From a virus, in IMG/VR virus record IMGVR_UViG_3300023174_005819, positions 23,240 to 87,239 of that record: a stretch of 64,000 bases of DNA; one strand, written 5' to 3'. Below, one piece after another: positions 20,170 to 30,633 of this stretch. A program made the translations under genes and the position numbers. The notes under the pieces are model-generated. The model worked only from the letters and a program-made list of their open reading frames with translations. It made no database searches and had not been told where the DNA came from. The stretch's first letter is position 1; every line of letters starts with the position of its first letter.

Positions 20170-21144
20170 ATGAATATTTTAATAACTGGTGGATTAGGAT
20201 TTATTGGTTCTAATTTTATTAAATATATAATTCATAAAAATGAAGTAAATGTAATAATAAATATAGATACAACAACAAAAAAACATACTTCATCTAATAA
20301 AAAAAATCTACAATCTATCGAAAATAATCCTAAATATAAATTTTATGATTTTTGGTTAGATATATTAGACTATTCTCCTTCGAAAGAAGAACTCAAAAGA
20401 ATAATAAAAAATTATAATATAACTCATATAGTTCATTTTGCTGCTGAATCTCATGTTGATAATTCAATATCTGACCCAAGAAGATTCATTCAATCTAATA
20501 TATTAGGCACATTTAATCTTTTAGAAATTATTAGAGATTTTCCACAAATCAGATTTCATCATATTTCTACTGATGAAGTTTATGGTAGTTTAGGAGAAAA
20601 TGGAAAGTTTACAGAAACAACATCTTATGCCCCAAATTCTCCATATTCTGCATCAAAAGCCGCAAGTGATATGTTAGTTAGAGCATATAATCATACTTTT
20701 AAAAGTTTAATCACAATTTCTAATTGCTCTAATAATTATGGTCCAAATCAACATAATGAAAAATTTATACCAGTTGTTATTAATTCTATATTAAATAATA
20801 AAAAAATACCTGTTTATGGGAATGGAAAAAATATAAGAGATTGGATTTTTGTTAATGATCATTGTGAAGCGGTATGGTCTATACTAAACAATGGTAAAAT
20901 TGGAGATACCTATAATGTGGGCGGTAATTGTGAAAAAACAAACTTAGAGATTATTAATGATATTTGTGAAGTATTAAATGTTAATCCTCAAGATTACATA
21001 TCTTTTGTAGAAGATCGTAAAGGACATGATTTTAGATACGCAATAGATAATGCTAAAATAAACAAAGAATTAAACTGGTATCCAATTACATCTTTTAAAG
21101 ATGGACTAAAACAAACAATTGATTTTTATAAAAATTTGTTATAA
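20170..21144 (+). CDS. rmlB: dTDP-glucose 4,6-dehydratase
   Basis: TGGLGFIGSNF, HFAAESHVDNS, STDEVYG, PYSASKA, DRKGHDFRY. Confidence 0.92.
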   Translation: MNILITGGLGFIGSNFIKYIIHKNEVNVIINIDTTTKKHTSSNKKNLQSIENNPKYKFYDFWLDILDYSPSKEELKRIIKNYNITHIVHFAAESHVDNSISDPRRFIQSNILGTFNLLEIIRDFPQIRFHHISTDEVYGSLGENGKFTETTSYAPNSPYSASKAASDMLVRAYNHTFKSLITISNCSNNYGPNQHNEKFIPVVINSILNNKKIPVYGNGKNIRDWIFVNDHCEAVWSILNNGKIGDTYNVGGNCEKTNLEIINDICEVLNVNPQDYISFVEDRKGHDFRYAIDNAKINKELNWYPITSFKDGLKQTIDFYKNLL

Positions 21145-21153
21145 TATATCAAT

Positions 21154-22299
21154 ATGAGTTTAAATTTTCAAGAAACCTATTATGGTAAAAAGATAGATAC
21201 TTCTAATATTTTAAATATTGAAGATGCCAGCAGAATAATTAATGGAAGAAAAACAGTAGTAATAACTGGAGTGACTGGTCAAGATGGAAGTCATATGGTT
21301 GATTTTTTGCTTAAAAATACAGATTATCTTATTTTTGGTGGAGTAAGAAGATTGAGCGTATACAATCATGAAAATATTAAACATATTAAGTCTGATAGAT
21401 TTCATCTTATTAATTTTGATTTAACTGATTCTCATGCTATATCTAGAACTGTAGAAAAATTACAACCAGATTATTTTATTAACTTTGCTGCCCAAAGCTT
21501 TGTTGCAAGTAGCTGGGATTTCGCTAGACAAACTTGGCAAACTAATTCTACAGCAGTTCTTGATATTTTAGAAGCTATAAGACTTTATAAACCATCTTGC
21601 AGACTTTATCAAGCTGGTTCAAGTGAGGAATTCGGAAATGTACAATATACTCCTCAAGATGAAAATCATCCATTAAAACCAAGAAGTCCATATGGAGCAA
21701 GTAAAGCAGCTTCTCGTCAATTAGTTAAGGTATATAGAGAATCTTATAATATATATGCTATTCAAGGTTGGCTTTTTAATCATGAAGGCACAAGAAGGGG
21801 TGAAGAATTTGTTACTAGAAAAATTACAAAAAATGTAGCAAGAATTTCTAATGCGGTTAAAAATAACAAAGAATTTAATCCACTTGAATTAGGTAATATA
21901 GATGCAAAAAGAGATTGGAGTGATGCAGAAGATTTTATAGAAGGTGTTTGGATGATGTTAAATCAAGATAAATACAATCAAAATTACGATGGAGCACCAA
22001 AAGAATATATTTTCTCATCTAATGAAACTCATACCATTAGAGAATTCGCAGAAAAAGCCTTTGCTTGCGCTGGAATTACTGGCGAATGGATTGGTGAAAA
22101 AGAACATGAAGTATACATATCTAATGATAAGAAAGTATTAATTCAAATTAATCCAAAATTCTATAGACCAGCTGAAGTAGAACTTCTACTTGGAAATTCA
22201 GACAAAGCTAGAAAAGAGTTAAACTGGCATCCGAAAATTTCATTTGACAAATTAATAGAAAAGATGGTAAACTGGGACATTGAAAATCTCAAATCATAA
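21154..22299 (+). CDS. gmd: GDP-mannose 4,6-dehydratase
   Basis: ITGVTGQDGS, AAQSFV, PRSPYG, FNHE, FVTRKIT, LGNIDAKRDW, RPAEVELL. Confidence 0.93.
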   Translation: MSLNFQETYYGKKIDTSNILNIEDASRIINGRKTVVITGVTGQDGSHMVDFLLKNTDYLIFGGVRRLSVYNHENIKHIKSDRFHLINFDLTDSHAISRTVEKLQPDYFINFAAQSFVASSWDFARQTWQTNSTAVLDILEAIRLYKPSCRLYQAGSSEEFGNVQYTPQDENHPLKPRSPYGASKAASRQLVKVYRESYNIYAIQGWLFNHEGTRRGEEFVTRKITKNVARISNAVKNNKEFNPLELGNIDAKRDWSDAEDFIEGVWMMLNQDKYNQNYDGAPKEYIFSSNETHTIREFAEKAFACAGITGEWIGEKEHEVYISNDKKVLIQINPKFYRPAEVELLLGNSDKARKELNWHPKISFDKLIEKMVNWDIENLKS

Positions 22300-22615
22300 A
22301 CTTTGTCAATTAATAGTTAAAAAATTTATTAAAGGAAATATTAATTGGCCAAGAGAAATTAAAATCGCTCAAAAATTGGTTAAAAAATTCAATTCTTTTG
22401 ATTTTTGGGATAATCTAAAAGACTTAGGAAGCCCACCACCTTCATTAGCTTGGTTCCTTAAACCAGAAGGTAAGGCTTTTATATTAAAAGAATATGAAAG
22501 TTTTAATTTAAATCTAAATATAGAAATAATAAAATTAGAACAAGATAAAGTTCAAGACGATAAAAAGATTTGTAAAAAACCTAAAAGTTTGATAGAATTT
22601 ATAAGACAAAAATGA
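22280..22615 (+). CDS. Hypothetical protein
   Basis: 111 aa ORF; TTGACA-N18-TAAACT just upstream (22244-22273). Confidence 0.55.
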   Translation: MKISNHKLCQLIVKKFIKGNINWPREIKIAQKLVKKFNSFDFWDNLKDLGSPPPSLAWFLKPEGKAFILKEYESFNLNLNIEIIKLEQDKVQDDKKICKKPKSLIEFIRQK

Positions 22616-23316
22616 AAAATATAGCTCTCACTTCTGCGATAAATTATAATGATTATTTAAAAATTTTCAAACAACATAATTATAATTATTTTGATGAAAT
22701 ATATGTAGTTACAGATACAAAGGAAGATAATGAACTACAAGAGATATGTAGTGATTCTAAATTTAAATTAATAAAAACTGATAAATTTTATACTTTTGAA
22801 AATCAACCAGCAAAATTCAATCGAGGCGCAGCTTATACATACGCTATGAGTTTATTGCAAAATCCAGAAATAATTACAATTATAGACGCTGATACTCTAC
22901 TACCAGAGAGTTATCATAGTATATTTACAGAATTAAAATATAAAAAATTTGATTATATGGTGAGTGCTAGAAGATTCGTATTAGAAACTTATCAAGATTA
23001 TTCAAAAGTCTTTTTAGAAAAAGATCCAAATTATAAATTGGAAATAAGAAGTTCTGATTGGGGTTGGGGATATTTACAAATTTTTCATGCAAAAAGTAAA
23101 TGGTTAAAAAACGGGCTTGTATATCCAGAAAATTATGATTGTGCAGTATCAGATTTTATGTTTAGAAGGCAATTTGGATGGCATATTTTTAGACAAGATA
23201 CAGAAGAACATTATTGGGATCCAGAGGCGCAAGTATGCTTAAGGCAATTTCCAGTATATGGTCTAGGTCCAAATAATATTAATTCAAGAGGTCGCCGTGC
23301 ACCAGAATTTAAATAA
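22612..23316 (+). CDS. Putative GT-A glycosyltransferase
   Basis: FNRG...IIDAD, GYLQIF, D.MF. Confidence 0.55.
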   Translation: MKNIALTSAINYNDYLKIFKQHNYNYFDEIYVVTDTKEDNELQEICSDSKFKLIKTDKFYTFENQPAKFNRGAAYTYAMSLLQNPEIITIIDADTLLPESYHSIFTELKYKKFDYMVSARRFVLETYQDYSKVFLEKDPNYKLEIRSSDWGWGYLQIFHAKSKWLKNGLVYPENYDCAVSDFMFRRQFGWHIFRQDTEEHYWDPEAQVCLRQFPVYGLGPNNINSRGRRAPEFK

Positions 23317-23355
23317 TTTAGTTGCATTTTGTTAAAAGAAAGGTATAATAAAATT

Positions 23356-24498
23356 ATGGGAAGAAAACCTAAAGAAGAAATCGTCCAATCATCTGGTCCA
23401 AGTTCATCAGATAGATTGTTATCATTTTTAAAAGAAAATAAAGAAGATCATTATAATTTCGAAGATGAAATTTATTATAAAGTATCAACTGGTAGTTTAA
23501 ATCTCGATATCGCTACAAGTGGTGGCTTGTGTCCAGGTTTACATAGATTTATTGGTATGAATGAAGGCGGTAAAACTTCAGAAGCCCTTGAGGTAACAAA
23601 GAATTTTCTTAAATCGGTAGAAAATTCAAGAGCTTTACTTTTTAAAGCAGAGGGAAGATTAAGCAAGGAAATTAAAGATCGTTCTGGTATTAAGTTTGTA
23701 ACTGACCCAAAAGAATGGGTTGACGGAACTTGTTTCGTATTTGAATGTAATATTTTTGAAACAGTTTCAGAATTAATGAAAGATCTTATCCAGTCTAATG
23801 ATGAAAATAAGAGATATATGTTTATTTTAGATTCAGTTGACGGTTTGATGACAAAAGGTGACTCTCAAAAAAGCATGACCGAAGCAACAAAGGTTGCTGG
23901 CGGAGCAGTTATTTCTTCTATGTTGATGAAGAGAATCTCTCTTGCACTTTCTAAACGTGGTCATATGGCAATTTTTATTAGTCAAGTTCGATCTGATATT
24001 AAACTCGATCCTTATGCCGCGAATAAGGATATTCGTCAAACTACTGCGACTGGTGGAAATGCATTATTGCATTTCGCTAATTGGATTCTTGAATTTGAAC
24101 CAAAGTTCAACAAAGACCTTATTCTTGAAAAACCAAATGACAAATATGATCCAGTTAAGAATAAAATTATTGGACATAACGTTAAGATTGTTATTAAAAA
24201 ATCCACAAATGAATCTACAAACTCTAAGATTCAATACCCAATCAAATATGGTCGTAAAGATGGTTCTTCTGTTTGGAGAGAATACGAAATTATTGATCAA
24301 ATTTTGGCTTGGGAATTTGCAACAGCAAAAGGAGCATGGGTTACTTTTTCTGATGAGATCATTGAAGAACTTAAAAAAGTAAATCTAGAACTTAAGAAGC
24401 AACATCAAGGAATAGATAATCTAAGATCTTATCTCGAAGAGAATAAACCAATCGTAGATTATTTTTATAATAAATTCATTAATACTCTTGCATCATGA
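23356..24498 (+). CDS. RecA/UvsX-like recombinase
   Basis: STGSLNLD, G.NEGGKT Walker A, ILDSV Walker B, ISQVR, TGGNAL; start moved to ATG 23356 just after TTGCAT-N16-TATAAT. Confidence 0.88.
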   Translation: MGRKPKEEIVQSSGPSSSDRLLSFLKENKEDHYNFEDEIYYKVSTGSLNLDIATSGGLCPGLHRFIGMNEGGKTSEALEVTKNFLKSVENSRALLFKAEGRLSKEIKDRSGIKFVTDPKEWVDGTCFVFECNIFETVSELMKDLIQSNDENKRYMFILDSVDGLMTKGDSQKSMTEATKVAGGAVISSMLMKRISLALSKRGHMAIFISQVRSDIKLDPYAANKDIRQTTATGGNALLHFANWILEFEPKFNKDLILEKPNDKYDPVKNKIIGHNVKIVIKKSTNESTNSKIQYPIKYGRKDGSSVWREYEIIDQILAWEFATAKGAWVTFSDEIIEELKKVNLELKKQHQGIDNLRSYLEENKPIVDYFYNKFINTLAS

Positions 24499-24914
24499 GA
24501 TTATTGAATATTAACGGCAAGCTCGTTAATAAAAATGTAAGAAACTACGAAATAGATTGGGATGGAAAATGCAGAAGCAAATTGCAATTTAAATTCAAGC
24601 AATTCTTCTATCCTTACTGGAAAAATCATATTGTTTATGAAGAGTTTCCAGTTTATGGAAGCATGCTTAAAGTAGATTTATTAAATGCTACGAAAAAGAT
24701 AGCAGTTGAGATACAAGGCAATCAACACGAGAGTTTCAATAAATTCTTTCACGATAATTCTAGATTAAAATATCTTCAAAGCATAAAAAGAGATGTTAAG
24801 AAAGAAAAATGGCTTGAAATGAATGGATTTAAATTCTTAGAACTCTACGAAAATGATTTAAAAAGTCTGTCACCACAATATATAGAAGAAAAGTGCGGAA
24901 TATTAATTATTTAA
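24495..24914 (+). CDS. DUF559/Vsr-like endonuclease
   Basis: EEFPV...VD...AVEIQG.QH...RD..K...G. Confidence 0.7.
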   Translation: MRLLNINGKLVNKNVRNYEIDWDGKCRSKLQFKFKQFFYPYWKNHIVYEEFPVYGSMLKVDLLNATKKIAVEIQGNQHESFNKFFHDNSRLKYLQSIKRDVKKEKWLEMNGFKFLELYENDLKSLSPQYIEEKCGILII

Positions 24915-24929
24915 GTGTAAAATTCTGTA

Positions 24930-25193
24930 GTGACAAATAAGAAAAAATTTAATTTCCCACCTGCTCTTTTAAAACAAATTGATGAATGCAGTTTTGGTGG
25001 ATATATTCTTTTTAATTTTTCTAATAAAGGTGAACCTCAAGTATATACTAAATTTGATAATCAAATAAATGCTATGGCTCTTTTATATTATTTAAATACA
25101 TGGGGACAAAGCATAGACCAACTTAATCTAGAAGCCACTACTGATTTAATAGCAAGAAAAAACGAAGAAGAAGATTCAGAAGAACAAGATTAA
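24930..25193 (+). CDS. Hypothetical protein with an acidic C-terminus
   Basis: 87 aa ORF preceded by GTGTAA (24915-24920). Confidence 0.55.
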   Translation: MTNKKKFNFPPALLKQIDECSFGGYILFNFSNKGEPQVYTKFDNQINAMALLYYLNTWGQSIDQLNLEATTDLIARKNEEEDSEEQD

Positions 25194-25196
25194 AAC

Positions 25197-25225
25197 TTGA
25201 CTTTTAATTTCTAGTTTGGTATCAT
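25197..25225 (+). promoter_or_regulatory. sigma70-like promoter of the helicase operon
   Basis: TTGACT-N17-TATCAT. Confidence 0.7.
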
Positions 25226-25234
25226 ATATAAAGG

Positions 25235-26719
25235 ATGATTTATTCTTTACAAGTAGAAAGACATGTATTAGGTGGTCTATTAAAGCATCAAGATTTATTT
25301 GCAGATATTGATGTATTTTTAACAGAGAATGATTTCTATAATGATGTTCATTGTACTATTTATTCAATATTTAAGAATATCAAGCATAGGGGCGAAAATG
25401 TAGATAAAGTACTATTAGCCGAAAAGATTAAAAATCTTGGAATCTCATTTAAAGATGAAATTAATATCTTTGATTATATTGATAACTTAAGCTTCTCACA
25501 AATCACGGAAGAAGCAACAATGGAAGCGTGCAAGGAACTTATTAAGTTGCGAGTTAGAAGAGAAATATCTTCAACAGCAGATAAGCTTAAAGAATATGTA
25601 ACGAAAAACTCAGATGAATCACTTGATTCTATAATATCTAAAATAGATCAGATTTATAACAAAAAGATCTCGTCTTATTCTGAGAATGATATGCCAATTA
25701 ATATTTTTGAAGGAGTTGAAGATCTTATCGAAGAAATTGGCAATAGTCCAAAAGAAGATACTGGACTTATAACTCCATATTCTGAATTTAATAGAATGTA
25801 TGGTGGTTTAAAGAATGGTAATATTTATGCAATCGCAAGTAGGCCAGGTCAAGGAAAATCAACTTGGTTAAATGATATTTGTTTTAAAACTTCTATTAAT
25901 CCTAAGAATAAAACTAAAACTCTTATTCTTGATACCGAAATGCAAACTGTAGATATTCAATTAAGAATGGTTGCATCTTTAAGTGGAGTTCCAGTTTGGT
26001 ATCTTGAAACTGGAAACTGGCGTAAAAATGAAGAAATGACCAAGAAAGTAAGAGAAGCTTGGGATAAGGTTAAAAAATATGAATACTTTCATTATCATGT
26101 AGGAAATAAAAATATTGATCAAGTATGTTCTATGATTCGCAGATGGTATCTTTCTAAAGTTGGAAGAGGAAATCAAGCTATGATCGCTTATGATTACATT
26201 AAACTAACTGGAGAAAAAGTCGGACAAAACTGGGCAGAACATCAAGCGATTGGTGATAAGATAGACAAACTAAAAAGAATTTCAGAAGAAATCAATTGTC
26301 CAATTATTACAGCCATGCAATTGAATAGAACTGGTGAAAGTTTTAATAGAAAAGGTTCAGAGGTTGTTGATGATAGCTCTGTAATTTCACTTTCAGATAG
26401 ATTACAATGGTTCGCATCATTCGTAGCAATCTTTAGAAGAAAAACTCTAGATGAGATTACTCTTGATGGTCAAGCGTTTGGAACTCATAAGTTGATTCCC
26501 ACTAAAACTAGATTCCAAGGAAAAGACGCAGCTGGTCATCAAGATTTGGTTAGAAGACTAGATTGCACTGGTAAAGAAGTCTGGTCACAAAATTATTTAA
26601 ATTATAATGTTCAAAACTTTAATATAGAAGAAAGAGGATCACTCGCAGATGTAGCAGAACGTCAAAGAGAACAATACGAACTTAATGATGCAAACGCAAA
26701 TGACGGAGAACTATTATGA
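25235..26719 (+). CDS. dnaB: Replicative DNA helicase
   Basis: N-terminal ER.VLG domain, ASRPGQGKS, TEM, DYI, QLNR. Confidence 0.92.
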   Translation: MIYSLQVERHVLGGLLKHQDLFADIDVFLTENDFYNDVHCTIYSIFKNIKHRGENVDKVLLAEKIKNLGISFKDEINIFDYIDNLSFSQITEEATMEACKELIKLRVRREISSTADKLKEYVTKNSDESLDSIISKIDQIYNKKISSYSENDMPINIFEGVEDLIEEIGNSPKEDTGLITPYSEFNRMYGGLKNGNIYAIASRPGQGKSTWLNDICFKTSINPKNKTKTLILDTEMQTVDIQLRMVASLSGVPVWYLETGNWRKNEEMTKKVREAWDKVKKYEYFHYHVGNKNIDQVCSMIRRWYLSKVGRGNQAMIAYDYIKLTGEKVGQNWAEHQAIGDKIDKLKRISEEINCPIITAMQLNRTGESFNRKGSEVVDDSSVISLSDRLQWFASFVAIFRRKTLDEITLDGQAFGTHKLIPTKTRFQGKDAAGHQDLVRRLDCTGKEVWSQNYLNYNVQNFNIEERGSLADVAERQREQYELNDANANDGELL

Positions 26720-27372
26720 ATGTAAATTTAGTATCAATTACAAAACCAGAAATTAAAGGAATTAAAAATCCAGAAGATTTAGTTGCATTTTGTGCTAGAG
26801 TTAGTAATCCATCTAATCAAATGAATGTTGAAACTGCTCCGAAGCTATTAAAATTTTTAATCAAACATAAGCATTGGAGTCCATTCGAACTTGTTGATAT
26901 GTGTGTTGAAATTAAAACTAGCAGAGGAATTGCAGCTCAAATTCTTAGACACAGATCATTTAGTTTTCAAGAATTTAGTCAAAGATATAGTATTGCAAAT
27001 GAGTTTGAAGATATTGAACTCAGATTACAAGGAGATAAGAATAGGCAAGTGGGTGAAATTCTTATGAAAACAAATACCGATGCATATGATAAAGTCAATG
27101 AACTTCTAATAGAATCCCTATCACTTTCTCAACATTGTTATGATACAATGATTGAAAATGGAGTTGCGAAAGAAGTAGCAAGAATGATATTACCACTAAC
27201 AACTCAAACCACAATGTATATGAAAGGTTCATTAAGAAGCTGGATTCATTATATCGAATTAAGAACAGAACAGAATACTCAAAAAGAACATAGAGTAATT
27301 GCAGAAAAATGTAAAAAGATTTTCATTAAAGAATTTCCTACAATAAGTGAGGCTTTAGAATGGAAGAATTAA
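26716..27372 (+). CDS. thyX: FAD-dependent thymidylate synthase
   Basis: HWSPFE, QILRHRSFSFQEFSQRY, EVARMILP. Confidence 0.95.
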   Translation: MNVNLVSITKPEIKGIKNPEDLVAFCARVSNPSNQMNVETAPKLLKFLIKHKHWSPFELVDMCVEIKTSRGIAAQILRHRSFSFQEFSQRYSIANEFEDIELRLQGDKNRQVGEILMKTNTDAYDKVNELLIESLSLSQHCYDTMIENGVAKEVARMILPLTTQTTMYMKGSLRSWIHYIELRTEQNTQKEHRVIAEKCKKIFIKEFPTISEALEWKN

Positions 27373-28265
27373 ATGTATATCAAATCCTAACAGATCTTGG
27401 TTACCAATTAAAAGATTGTGGAAAAGAATTTAGAGCTAAACCTTTATATAGGGATAGCGATAATGACTCTGTATTAAGAATCTACAAAGATACTGGCAAA
27501 TGGGTGGATTTCAAACAGAATATGAGCGGCGACATAAACTCACTAGTTAAATTAACACTTAAATTAGAAAATCCAAGTGAAGCTCAAGAATGGCTTAAAA
27601 ATAAAAACTTTGCATTTAAAAAGCCAACAGAACCAGAAAAACCACTTATAAAATCTTCTAAAAAATTTGATATAGAAATTCTTTCTAAACTACAAGACGA
27701 TCAAGAGTATTGGCTCAAAAGAGGAGTAGATATTGAAACATTAAAAATTTTCAAAGGTGGAGTTGCAAAAATGGGAAAGATGAAAAACAGATATGTATTT
27801 CCTATTTTTAATTCTAAGAATAATATTATAGGATTTTCTGGAAGAGACATTACCAATTTATCTAAGATAAAGTGGAAGCATATTGGTGAAAAAACAGAAT
27901 TTGTTTATCCATTATTTGTTAATTCAGAAATCATACAACAACAAAAAGAAATAATCTTAGTTGAAAGTATTGGAGATATGTTGAGTTTATGGCAAGCTGG
28001 AGTTAAGAATACTCTTGTTACATTTGGAACTAGTTTAAGTTTAGCGATTTTAAATTACTGTTTAAAACTTGATCCAAAAAAAATTTATATTAGTTTAAAC
28101 AATGATTCAAATAAAAACAATGCTGGAAATATTGCAGCAGAAAAAACTCAATCTAGATTGAGTAGATACTTTGATAAAAGTCAACTTAAAATAGCTCTAC
28201 CACCTAAAAAAGATTTTGGTGAGATGACTAAAGAAGAAATAATTCAATGGAAAAACAATCTTTAA
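27360..28265 (+). CDS. DnaG-like primase (Toprim)
   Basis: RYVFPI...IGFSGR, LVESIGD, D..AG, KDFG. Confidence 0.85.
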   Translation: MEELNVYQILTDLGYQLKDCGKEFRAKPLYRDSDNDSVLRIYKDTGKWVDFKQNMSGDINSLVKLTLKLENPSEAQEWLKNKNFAFKKPTEPEKPLIKSSKKFDIEILSKLQDDQEYWLKRGVDIETLKIFKGGVAKMGKMKNRYVFPIFNSKNNIIGFSGRDITNLSKIKWKHIGEKTEFVYPLFVNSEIIQQQKEIILVESIGDMLSLWQAGVKNTLVTFGTSLSLAILNYCLKLDPKKIYISLNNDSNKNNAGNIAAEKTQSRLSRYFDKSQLKIALPPKKDFGEMTKEEIIQWKNNL

Positions 28266-29212
28266 AAGTATTATCAGCATCTAGAATTAAAACTCTTGAG
28301 ACTTGCTCTTGGGTTTATTGGAATAATTATCATACCAAAGTTCCACAATCTCAAAATGATGGAGCTTTAAGAGGAACGATTTGTCATACAGTTTTTGAAT
28401 TACTCTTAAATAAAAGACATCTTAAAAATTATAAAAGAATAATAAAAAAGAATTCGATTGATGGTGATGAGGGAGTAAATAGGTTAGTTAAAAAACTATC
28501 AGCAAAGGTCAAGCTTGACGAAAGCAATTATAAACTATTAAATGATATGATTTTAGTTGGCCTTAAAAACGACTTCTTTGGACAAGGTGGAGAAATAATT
28601 AAACCAGAGTATGATTTTGATATTAAAAATGATGAACCAAAATATCATATTCGTGGCTTTATAGATAAGCCAGTTAAAATCAAAAAAGAAATGCATATAA
28701 TCGACTATAAAAGCTCTAAATACAAGTTTAGGGGTGATGACCTTGAAGCTAATATTCAAGCTATGATGTATAGTCTTGCTAGTAAAAAATTATGGCCCAA
28801 GTTGAAACCTATTGTTAAATTTCTATTTCTCAGGTTTCCAAAACAACCAATTCAAGAGCTAGTATTTGATGACAATCAAATTAAAGGATTCGAGCATTAT
28901 CTGGAGCACATTAATGATTATGTTAATAAGTTTGACGAAGAATCTGCCAGATCAAACTTTGCAATAGATAGCGTTAAGAATAAGTGGATGTGTCAAATTG
29001 GTGGATGGAAATGTCCATATAAAGATCCATATACATATTATGTCAAAGTAAATGATAAAGGCGATATAGTAGAAACTAGCCTAGAAGATAATTTTAAAGA
29101 TATTAAAGGATTCAAAGTAGAAACTCGAAAATATGAAGGATGTCCAAAGTTTCAAGCTGCTTCCGCTAAAGATGACTTTCTAGATGACTCAAAAGACGAA
29201 TTTTTAGATTGA
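28247..29212 (+). CDS. PD-(D/E)XK exonuclease (RecB/AddB/Cas4-like fold)
   Basis: LSAS...C, RGT.CH, GFID, IIDYKS, Q...Y, three C-terminal Cys. Confidence 0.85.
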   Translation: MEKQSLKVLSASRIKTLETCSWVYWNNYHTKVPQSQNDGALRGTICHTVFELLLNKRHLKNYKRIIKKNSIDGDEGVNRLVKKLSAKVKLDESNYKLLNDMILVGLKNDFFGQGGEIIKPEYDFDIKNDEPKYHIRGFIDKPVKIKKEMHIIDYKSSKYKFRGDDLEANIQAMMYSLASKKLWPKLKPIVKFLFLRFPKQPIQELVFDDNQIKGFEHYLEHINDYVNKFDEESARSNFAIDSVKNKWMCQIGGWKCPYKDPYTYYVKVNDKGDIVETSLEDNFKDIKGFKVETRKYEGCPKFQAASAKDDFLDDSKDEFLD

Positions 29213-29244
29213 TATATTTATAAATTGTTGTTATATTGGTAAAA

Positions 29245-29991
29245 ATGATACCTTTATTTAAATCTCATTATTCTTTAGGAAGATCTATTCTTACTCTAGA
29301 GGATAAATCTGAAAGAGATGAGTATCCAGATTCTATTATTCAAATAGCTAAACAAAATAAATTAAAAGAGATATTTCTAGTAGAAGATAATATGTCATCA
29401 TTTCTTGAAGCTTATACTAATTGCAAGAACAATGATATTAAATTAAATTATGGATTAAGAATTTCAGTTACAGAGTCGATAGCTGATAAAACGGATGAAT
29501 CAAGAGCAAAAAACTCAAAATTTATACTTTTCTTTAAAAATAAAAAAGGTTACGAATCCTTGACTAAATTATTTAGTATTGGTGCAAAAGATGGTTTTTA
29601 TTATGAACCTAGAGTAGATTATACTACAATAAAGAATAACTGGTCAGATGATTTAATTATGGGTATTCCATTCTATGATTCTTTCATATTTAATAATACT
29701 TTAAAAAATAGCATATGTGTTCCACAAATAGATTTTACAAAACCAGTAGTATTCATTGAGCAAAATGAATTGCCTTTTGATTTTATTATTAAAGATAAAA
29801 TATTATCATTTGCAGAAAAGAATAAATTAGAAATTTATAAAGCAAAAAGCATTTACTATAATGATAGAAAAGATTTTAAAACATACTTGACATTCAGATG
29901 CATTAATAATAGAAGTGTTCTAAATAAACCAGATATTGAGCATATGAGTAGTAATGAATTTTCTTTTGAAAGCTGGAAGGAAAATAATTAA
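29245..29991 (+). CDS. Stand-alone PHP domain of DNA polymerase III alpha
   Basis: KSHYSL..S, KLNYG, KNKKGY..L..L, YYEPRVD; promoter TTGATA-N17-TATATT at 29209-29237. Confidence 0.75.
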   Translation: MIPLFKSHYSLGRSILTLEDKSERDEYPDSIIQIAKQNKLKEIFLVEDNMSSFLEAYTNCKNNDIKLNYGLRISVTESIADKTDESRAKNSKFILFFKNKKGYESLTKLFSIGAKDGFYYEPRVDYTTIKNNWSDDLIMGIPFYDSFIFNNTLKNSICVPQIDFTKPVVFIEQNELPFDFIIKDKILSFAEKNKLEIYKAKSIYYNDRKDFKTYLTFRCINNRSVLNKPDIEHMSSNEFSFESWKENN

Positions 29992-29993
29992 AT

Positions 29994-30632
29994 ATGGACG
30001 AACATTTATTAAGATACGACAAAAATAAAACTTTAGTTTTTATAGATTGCGAAACATTTAATCTTTGCTTAAATTTTTGTCATAATATTCCTTGGCAAAT
30101 TGCTATGCTTAAAGTTCAAGGCGATAAAAAAATTGATCAAAAGAATTTTTATTTAAAATGGCAAACAGACTTAAAAATTAGTCAAGATGCAGCCAGAATC
30201 ACAAGATATGACCATAAAAAAGTTCAAAAAGAAGGTTATGATCCTAAAGAGATATTTCCAACTATTAAAGATTGGTTAGACCATGCAGATTATATTATTG
30301 GTCACAATACTCTTGGGTTTGACATTTATCTTATAAAAGAGTATTATAAATACATGGGTTGTAATTGGCATCATCTTGTGAATAAATTTATTGATACAAA
30401 TGCAATAGCAAGAGGTATAAAATATGAGATGCCTTATAATTCAAAAGATAGCTTAATTGAATATCAATATAAAATTCTTCATACTAGAAAAAAGAATGTT
30501 AAAAGTTCTTTGACTTTCTTAGGAAAAGAAAATGGGATAGAACATGATTACGAAAAACTTCATGATGCTATTAATGATCTTGACTTAAATTTAAAAGTAT
30601 GGAATAAATTAAAATGGCAATTAGAGGTATAA
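29994..30632 (+). CDS. DEDDh 3'-5' exonuclease (DnaQ-like)
   Basis: IDCET, GHN..GFD, IDT, HDA..D. Confidence 0.85.
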   Translation: MDEHLLRYDKNKTLVFIDCETFNLCLNFCHNIPWQIAMLKVQGDKKIDQKNFYLKWQTDLKISQDAARITRYDHKKVQKEGYDPKEIFPTIKDWLDHADYIIGHNTLGFDIYLIKEYYKYMGCNWHHLVNKFIDTNAIARGIKYEMPYNSKDSLIEYQYKILHTRKKNVKSSLTFLGKENGIEHDYEKLHDAINDLDLNLKVWNKLKWQLEV

Positions 30633-30633
30633 T

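Noticed and set aside
3330-23316. Bacterial O-antigen/capsule locus, or a giant eukaryotic virus origin
   Set aside because: No export or polymerase genes; the island is continuous with phage replication and lambda-like tail genes, a tmRNA and sigma70 promoters.
28247-29212. Cas4-like nuclease as a sign of a CRISPR-Cas system
   Set aside because: No repeat-spacer array or other cas genes seen; such nucleases are common in phage replication modules.
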